Source: Rubrobacteraceae bacterium (GTDB taxonomy: Bacteria > Actinomycetota > Rubrobacteria > Rubrobacterales > Rubrobacteraceae). From it: a stretch of DNA of 31,310 nucleotides. The notes below the pieces were generated by a model. The model was not told the origin of the DNA. It worked only from the letters and a program-made list of their open reading frames with translations, and made no database searches. Both the position numbers and the translations under genes were made by a program. The stretch covers positions 1 through 31,310 of the forward strand of contig JARDZQ010000001.1 of NCBI GenBank assembly GCA_029240775.1, written 5' to 3'. Positions 26,278-31,310 of the stretch are shown one piece after another. The first letter of the stretch is position 1. Each line of letters begins with the position of its first letter.

Positions 26278-27462
26278 GTGTCCGAGCAAAGAGATCAGCT
26301 GGCGTCAGGGACGGAGCGCGCAGGACGCGGTGCCTTGCTGGACCGACCGATGGTCCTGGCGCTCGTCGCGTCGTTCTGCACGATGGTCGGCTTCTACCTG
26401 CTCCTCTCGGTCGTGCCCCTCTACGCCGCGGAGGCAGGGGGCGGGAACTCGGGCGCGGGCCTCGCGACGGCCGTTTTCATGCTCTCGACGGTGCTCGCCC
26501 AGCTCGGTATGCTGGACGTCCTGGCGCGCTTCGGCTACCGGGCCGTGCTCGTGGTGGGGCTCTTGCTGCTGGGGCCGCCGGCTTTCTTATACGGGCCGCT
26601 GGCGGAGGTGCCGGCCATCCTCGCCGTCACGCTGGTGCGCGGCGCGGGGTTCGGGGCGGCGATAGTGGCGCTTGCGGCCCTGGTAACCGAGCTCGCCCCA
26701 CCCGAACGAAGGGGAGAGGCGCTCGGGCTCTACGGGGTCGCCCTCACCTTTCCGACGGCCTTCTGCGGCGCTCTGGGGCTTTGGATCGTGGAGCGCTCGG
26801 GCTTCGGCCTCGTCTTCGTGACCGGGGCCATGACGCCCCTCCTCGCCGCCTTCGCTGCCCTCGGGATCTCGTCTCCCGACAGGAGCGAAGAGCGCGGGGG
26901 GGCGGGCCTCCGGACCCTGTTCGAGCGGCCCGCGCTCCTACGGATCTTCCTGCTCTTTACCTCCTGCACCGCCGTATCGGGCGTCGTGGTGACCTTCCTA
27001 CCCCTCTCGGCGCCCGGCCCCGGGTTCTTCTCCGCCGCGACGGCCCTGCTGCTCCTCGGTCTCTCCGCCACCCTCTTCCGCTGGTGGGCAGGGCGCTTCG
27101 GGGACCGCCGGGATCCGCGCATCCTCCTCATCCCCGGTCTCCTGTGTGCCGCGCTCGGGATGGCGGCTCTCTCCCTGGAGGGCTTCGCGCTGCTCGGAGG
27201 CGCACTCCTGTTCGGAGCCGGCTTCGGGATGCTCCAGAACACCACCCTCCTCCTCACCATGCAGCGCGTCCCGAAGGCGGAGTACGGGCTCGGGAGCACG
27301 CTTTGGAACCTGGCCTTCGACGCCGGCACCGGCGCGGGCGCCTTCGTCTTCGGGTTCGTCGTCGGGGCCGCCGGCTTCTCCTGGACCTACGTCCTGTGCG
27401 CCCTCCTGCTCGTCGCGACCATCGGCCTCGTCCCCGGGAAGGGGGCAGAAAGGCTATCCTAG
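26278..27462 (+). CDS. MFS transporter
   Basis: About 12 hydrophobic helices; ARFGYR, APPERRGEALGLYG, GRFGDRRD, GSTLWNLAFDAG.G.G. Confidence 0.9.
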   Translation: MSEQRDQLASGTERAGRGALLDRPMVLALVASFCTMVGFYLLLSVVPLYAAEAGGGNSGAGLATAVFMLSTVLAQLGMLDVLARFGYRAVLVVGLLLLGPPAFLYGPLAEVPAILAVTLVRGAGFGAAIVALAALVTELAPPERRGEALGLYGVALTFPTAFCGALGLWIVERSGFGLVFVTGAMTPLLAAFAALGISSPDRSEERGGAGLRTLFERPALLRIFLLFTSCTAVSGVVVTFLPLSAPGPGFFSAATALLLLGLSATLFRWWAGRFGDRRDPRILLIPGLLCAALGMAALSLEGFALLGGALLFGAGFGMLQNTTLLLTMQRVPKAEYGLGSTLWNLAFDAGTGAGAFVFGFVVGAAGFSWTYVLCALLLVATIGLVPGKGAERLS

Positions 27463-27506
27463 AGCCCCCTGGCAGGCAGTGACACCAACATCAGAGAGGA
27501 GGGGAT

Positions 27507-27986
27507 ATGGGGCTTGGTTCTCATTCCGGCGTACGGAGGGTCAGGGAGGCCCTGGAGGAGCGGGGTTTCGAGCCGGAGATCCTGGAGCTGGAGCAGACCG
27601 CGCGTAGCGCCGCCGAGGCGGCTGACGCCCTCGGCGTCCGGGTGGAGCAGATCGTCAAGTCGCTCGTATTTCGGGGGAGGCGAACCGGTCGCCCCGTGCT
27701 GGTCCTCGCCGGCGGCTCGAACCGGGTCGATGAGAACAGAGTCTCCCACCTCCTCTCCGAGCCGGTCGGGATGGCCGACGCCGCCTACGTGCGCGAGAAG
27801 ACAGGCTTCTCCATCGGTGGCGTGCCGCCCGTGGGACACGTCGAGCAACTGACGACTTTCGTGGACCAGGACCTGCTGCTGGAGAGCGAGGTCTGGGCCG
27901 CCGCGGGGCACACGCACGCGGTCTTCGGGCTGAAACCCGCCGATCTCATGCGGATCACCGACGGACAGGTGGTCGCCCTCAAGTGA
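27507..27986 (+). CDS. YbaK/EbsC family aminoacyl-tRNA deacylase-like protein
   Basis: GAGGAGGGG SD; TARSAAEAADALG, QIVKSLVF, KTGFSIGGVPPVGH, VWAAAG. Confidence 0.88.
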   Translation: MGLGSHSGVRRVREALEERGFEPEILELEQTARSAAEAADALGVRVEQIVKSLVFRGRRTGRPVLVLAGGSNRVDENRVSHLLSEPVGMADAAYVREKTGFSIGGVPPVGHVEQLTTFVDQDLLLESEVWAAAGHTHAVFGLKPADLMRITDGQVVALK

Positions 27987-28016
27987 GAGCGCGTTTACCG
28001 CCTTCTCGCCGCCGGC

Positions 28017-28025
28017 TGCTAACAT
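28017..28025 (+). promoter_or_regulatory. Extended -10 (TG-C-TAACAT) of a probable leaderless promoter
   Basis: Hexamer at 28020-28025 followed by 7 nt and ATG 28033. Confidence 0.5.
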
Positions 28026-28032
28026 TGTGATC

Positions 28033-28386
28033 ATGGACAGGACCGGCACACGCGGCTTGCTCGGAGTCCTCACGTGCTGGCTCGCCTGGGAGCGGCGGGG
28101 CCGGGCCAACCGGGTGCTGTTCGTCGCCACGCTCTCTCTGGCGGTCTTCGTGACGCTGGCGTTCGCATGGGCGACGCTACAGCCCTACCCTGGCGACTTC
28201 GCCCGCTACTTCGCCTACTATTGGGTGTGGGGCCTGTGTGCGGTCGCCATCTTGCTCGGGATGGCCGAGTACAAGACGAGCCCGCTGCGCAAACGACAGG
28301 AGCGCGGGCACCTCTTCCTGCTGCTCTACGTCGGGGCGTTACTCATAATCACGCGCGCCCTGAACATGTTCCTCTACGGGGGATAG
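28033..28386 (+). CDS. Small hypothetical membrane protein (about 117 aa, 3-4 TM)
   Basis: Fills the gap between ybaK and the HAD gene, has GC-rich third positions and hydrophobic segments. No family recognised. Confidence 0.65.
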   Translation: MDRTGTRGLLGVLTCWLAWERRGRANRVLFVATLSLAVFVTLAFAWATLQPYPGDFARYFAYYWVWGLCAVAILLGMAEYKTSPLRKRQERGHLFLLLYVGALLIITRALNMFLYGG

Positions 28387-28390
28387 AACC

Positions 28391-29059
28391 TTGTACCGGG
28401 CCCTGCTCTTTGACCTCGACGGCACGCTCGCCGAGACCGACTCCGTGCACCTGCCGACGTGGGTTGACGTGCTGCGGCCCCACGGCATCGAGATAGACGA
28501 GCGGTTCTTCAGGGAGAACATCAGCGGCCGCAGCAACTCGAAGATCGTGGAGGACCTCTTCCCGCACCTCTCCGCCGAGGACGGCAGGGACCTCGCCGAC
28601 TTCAAGGAGGAGAGGTTCCGCGAGCGCGTCCACGAGCTCGAGCCCCTGCCCGGCCTCCTGGACTTCATGCGCGAAGCGAAGCGCCGCGGCCTCGCGCTGG
28701 CCCTCGTCACGAACGCCCCGGAGCAGAACGTCGAGGCCATGCTGCTCGCGCTGGAGCTCGAGGGATTCTTCGACGAGGTCGTCCTCTCCGACGAGATCGG
28801 TTCCGTGAAGCCCGACCCGGCGCCCTACAGGACCGCCCTCGAGAAGCTCGGCGTCGTCCCCGAAGAAGCCCTCGCCTTCGAGGACTCGACCTCAGGCATC
28901 ACCTCGGCCGCCGGCGCCGGCATCCCGACGATCGGCATCGCCTCCACGCAGGCGCCGGAGACGCTCGAGGAGGCGGGAGCCTTCATGGTGGCCGAGGACT
29001 TCGCCGATCCGAAGCTCCGAAATCTCCTGGACCTTCCCAGAGAAGAACCCGAAGCCTGA
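28391..29059 (+). CDS. HAD-IA family phosphatase (beta-PGM/CbbY-like)
   Basis: LFDLDGTLAETD, LVTNAP, KPDPAPY, AFEDSTSGI. Confidence 0.9.
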   Translation: MYRALLFDLDGTLAETDSVHLPTWVDVLRPHGIEIDERFFRENISGRSNSKIVEDLFPHLSAEDGRDLADFKEERFRERVHELEPLPGLLDFMREAKRRGLALALVTNAPEQNVEAMLLALELEGFFDEVVLSDEIGSVKPDPAPYRTALEKLGVVPEEALAFEDSTSGITSAAGAGIPTIGIASTQAPETLEEAGAFMVAEDFADPKLRNLLDLPREEPEA

Positions 29060-29067
29060 AGCCGTGT

Positions 29068-31310
29068 CTAGCGCACGACTTCGATGGTGAGAGCGTTGCC
29101 GGTCTCGCTTGACGGCACCGTGAGGGTACCAGCTTCCTCGTCGTAGCTCGACTCGACCATCTCGCCGTTTGCCGCGACCGACTCCGGTACGGAGCCGAAG
29201 CCGCGCAGCTGCAGGCGCAGCTCTTGCCTCTGCGGGACGAACGAGCCCTCGCGCTCGCCGATACGGATCGTAACGCTCCCGGCAGCCTCCTCGCAGGAGA
29301 CGGTGCGCCTGGCGTACTCGCCGTTCTCGTAGCCGAACCCGTCGCCCGCGTCCTCGTAAAGGACGGTCTCGCCCGTGCCTTCGGTCGGGTAGAGGAGGAG
29401 CGTCAGCGGGTCCCACGCCTCTTCATCCGTGTGGGTCGCGTCGGGCCCCATGGGGACTGCCGTGTTCGCCATTATGTAGAGCGGTGGCTCGCCCAGAGGT
29501 GCATGGGCGAGGATGTGGGCTGGGCCGTCGAAACGCTCGCCGGTCCAGTAGTGGAACCAGCAACCGCGCGGCAGGTAGACGTGACGGTGCTCGATGCCCG
29601 GGCGGGTTATGGGGGCGATGAGCAGGGCCTCGCCTAGGAGGAACTCGTCGTCTGCGGTGTAGGTCGTCTCGTCCTCCGGATACTCGAAGAGGAGGGGACG
29701 CAGGATCGGGGCTCCCGTCCTGTGGGACTCCTCGAAGAGCGCGTAGAGGTAGGGGAGGAGGCGCTGGCGCAGCTTGAGCATCTTGCGGCACACCGACGTG
29801 AAGGGCTCCCCGAAGGCCCACGGCTCCTGGCGGCGGGTGCCTAGAGCGGTGTGGTTGCGGCAGAAGGGCTGGAAGGCTCCGAACTCGGTCCAGCGGGCGA
29901 GGAGCTCGCCGTTCGTGTCGCCCCCGAAGCCACCCACGTCCGCGCCGGCCCAGGCGACGCCCGAGAGGCCGAGGTTCTGGAGCTGGGGCATGCTCATCCA
30001 CAGGTGCTCCCACCAGCTCGAGTTGTCCCCCGTCCACTGCAGGGCGTGGCGCTGGAGGCCGGCGTAGCCGGCGCGGGTTATGACGAAGGGCCGCTCGTCG
30101 GGCTTGAGCTTCAGTAGTCCCTCGCGGGCGGCGCGGGCCATGAGCGAGCCGTAGGTGTTGTGGATCTGGGCGTGCAATTTGGGGTCGTCGTCGCCCGGAT
30201 GCACCACTTCGCCCGGCATCGTGGCGCCGCGGGGGATAAAGAGCGCAGGCTCGTTCATGTCGCACCAGATCCCCGCTATGCCCCTGTCGATGAGGGCCCG
30301 CTGGTTCTCGCCCCACCACTCCCGCGTCCGGGAGTTGGTGAAGTCCGGGAAGGCGCAGACCCCCGGCCAGACGGCGTTGTGGTACTCCTCGCCGTCGTTC
30401 GTCTTGCAGAACAGGTCCCTCGCGCGGCCTTCGGTGTAGACGGGATAGTTCTCGTCTAGCTTCACGCCGGGGTCCACTATCGTGACGACGCGGTAGCCCT
30501 GTTCTCTGAGGTCCGAGGTGAGCTTCTCGGGGTCGGGGAAGCGTTCCTCGTCCCAGGTGAAGACGCGGTAGCCGTCCATGTAGTGGATGTCGAGGTAGAT
30601 CACGTCGCACGGTATGTCGTGCTCCCTGAAGCCGCGGGCGACCTCGCGAACCTCTTCTTCGTCCATGTAGCTGTAGCGGCACTGCTGGTTCCCTAAAGAC
30701 CACAGCGGTGGCATGGGCGTGCGGCCTGTGAGCTCGGTGTAGCTGGTCAGCACCTCCGCAGGCGTCGGACCGCAGAACACGTAGTAGACGAGGTTCCCGC
30801 CCTCGGCCCCGTAATAGGCGCGGCCCTCGTCTGCGAGCGCCAGGTCGAACTCGACGCGATGCGTGTTGTCGAAGAGGAGGCCGTGCGCCCTGCCGTTGGT
30901 CATCGAGAAGGAGAAGGGGATGGAGGCATAGAGGTTGTTGAACGCAGCGGTGTGGCCCAGAGGAGGGTCCACGTTCCAGAAGATCTGGTACGATCCCGTC
31001 TTCTCGAGCCCGCTGGTCCGCTCCCCGCACCCGAAGTACCGCTCTCCCTCTTCCCGCCTCTTGTACAGCCGCGGCGAAGGACCGAGAGGCTGCGCAAACA
31101 CGTCGGCGTCGGGCCGCCGCGAGAAGCCCATCCCGAGCCCCTCGTCGTCAGCCGCGAGCGGGCGTCCCGAAGAGTCGGCGAAATAGACCCGCAAAGGGTC
31201 CAGGGAGATATGCGCGCTCGCCGCAGAGGTGAAGAGCGTGATCTCCCCGTCCGACCTCTCCATCGAGACCTCGACCGGCTCCCAATCCTGCTTCGCTATG
31301 GCCTCGGAAT
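29068..31310 (-). CDS. Glycoside hydrolase family 31 (alpha-glucosidase-like); the 5' end lies beyond the window
   Basis: GIWCDMNEP (nucleophile), WTGDN (acid/base), YLDIHYMDG, GADVGGF, RQEPW, DEFLLG. The frame stays open upstream of ATG 31263 to the window edge (SEAIAKQDWEPVEVSM). Confidence 0.93.
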   Translation of the reverse strand, partial: SEAIAKQDWEPVEVSMERSDGEITLFTSAASAHISLDPLRVYFADSSGRPLAADDEGLGMGFSRRPDADVFAQPLGPSPRLYKRREEGERYFGCGERTSGLEKTGSYQIFWNVDPPLGHTAAFNNLYASIPFSFSMTNGRAHGLLFDNTHRVEFDLALADEGRAYYGAEGGNLVYYVFCGPTPAEVLTSYTELTGRTPMPPLWSLGNQQCRYSYMDEEEVREVARGFREHDIPCDVIYLDIHYMDGYRVFTWDEERFPDPEKLTSDLREQGYRVVTIVDPGVKLDENYPVYTEGRARDLFCKTNDGEEYHNAVWPGVCAFPDFTNSRTREWWGENQRALIDRGIAGIWCDMNEPALFIPRGATMPGEVVHPGDDDPKLHAQIHNTYGSLMARAAREGLLKLKPDERPFVITRAGYAGLQRHALQWTGDNSSWWEHLWMSMPQLQNLGLSGVAWAGADVGGFGGDTNGELLARWTEFGAFQPFCRNHTALGTRRQEPWAFGEPFTSVCRKMLKLRQRLLPYLYALFEESHRTGAPILRPLLFEYPEDETTYTADDEFLLGEALLIAPITRPGIEHRHVYLPRGCWFHYWTGERFDGPAHILAHAPLGEPPLYIMANTAVPMGPDATHTDEEAWDPLTLLLYPTEGTGETVLYEDAGDGFGYENGEYARRTVSCEEAAGSVTIRIGEREGSFVPQRQELRLQLRGFGSVPESVAANGEMVESSYDEEAGTLTVPSSETGNALTIEVVR

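Noticed and set aside
43-31186. Many long antisense or alternate-frame ORFs in the track (e.g. 7781-9070 -, 12279-13655 -, 16727-18022 -, 18412-19986 -, 19846-21243 +, 29423-31030 +)
   Set aside because: They overlap well-supported genes, have Arg/Pro/Gly-rich or featureless translations, and are expected shadows of high-GC codon bias.
28391-31310. HAD phosphatase and GH31 as one sugar-utilisation operon
   Set aside because: They are convergent (8 bp apart), so not co-transcribed. The upstream context of GH31 is outside the window.
1-31310. tRNA, rRNA, riboswitch, integrase or phage genes
   Set aside because: Intergenic gaps are short and none showed a cloverleaf or an aptamer I recognise. 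No recombinase or phage protein motifs were seen. A covariance-model scan would be needed to exclude small RNAs.

Overview
High-GC bacterial chromosome segment, probably a deep-branching actinobacterium of the Rubrobacter type (inferred from gene order and protein style, not from a search). Bases 1-12.9 kb are a tightly coupled housekeeping run: end of infA, rpmJ, rpsM, rpsK, rpsD, rpoA, rplQ, ecfA1/A2/T, truA, an O-methyltransferase, rplM, rpsI, glmM, a DUF429-like gene, hisF, hisIE, trpE, then a broken LLM oxidoreductase. The best candidate for an undescribed system is the apparent operon at 13968-19785. It encodes a divergent PlsY-like acyltransferase, a fatty acyl-CoA reductase fused to a HAD-IB phosphatase, a Zn-dependent MDR dehydrogenase and a LarA (lactate racemase)-fold protein, which together suggest a fatty-alcohol or ether-type lipid pathway. 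A heptamer-based inverted-repeat element sits inside that operon. After nhaA comes a decaying region (21.2-24.3 kb) with two kinase-less sensor-like membrane paralogs, phased CGTTACGA inverted repeats and a small interrupted ORF. The rest is DUF998, two divergent probably leaderless MFS genes, a YbaK-family gene, a small membrane protein, a HAD phosphatase and a 5'-truncated GH31 glucosidase. No rRNA, tRNA, CRISPR or intact mobile element was seen. All family calls come from motif recognition by eye.
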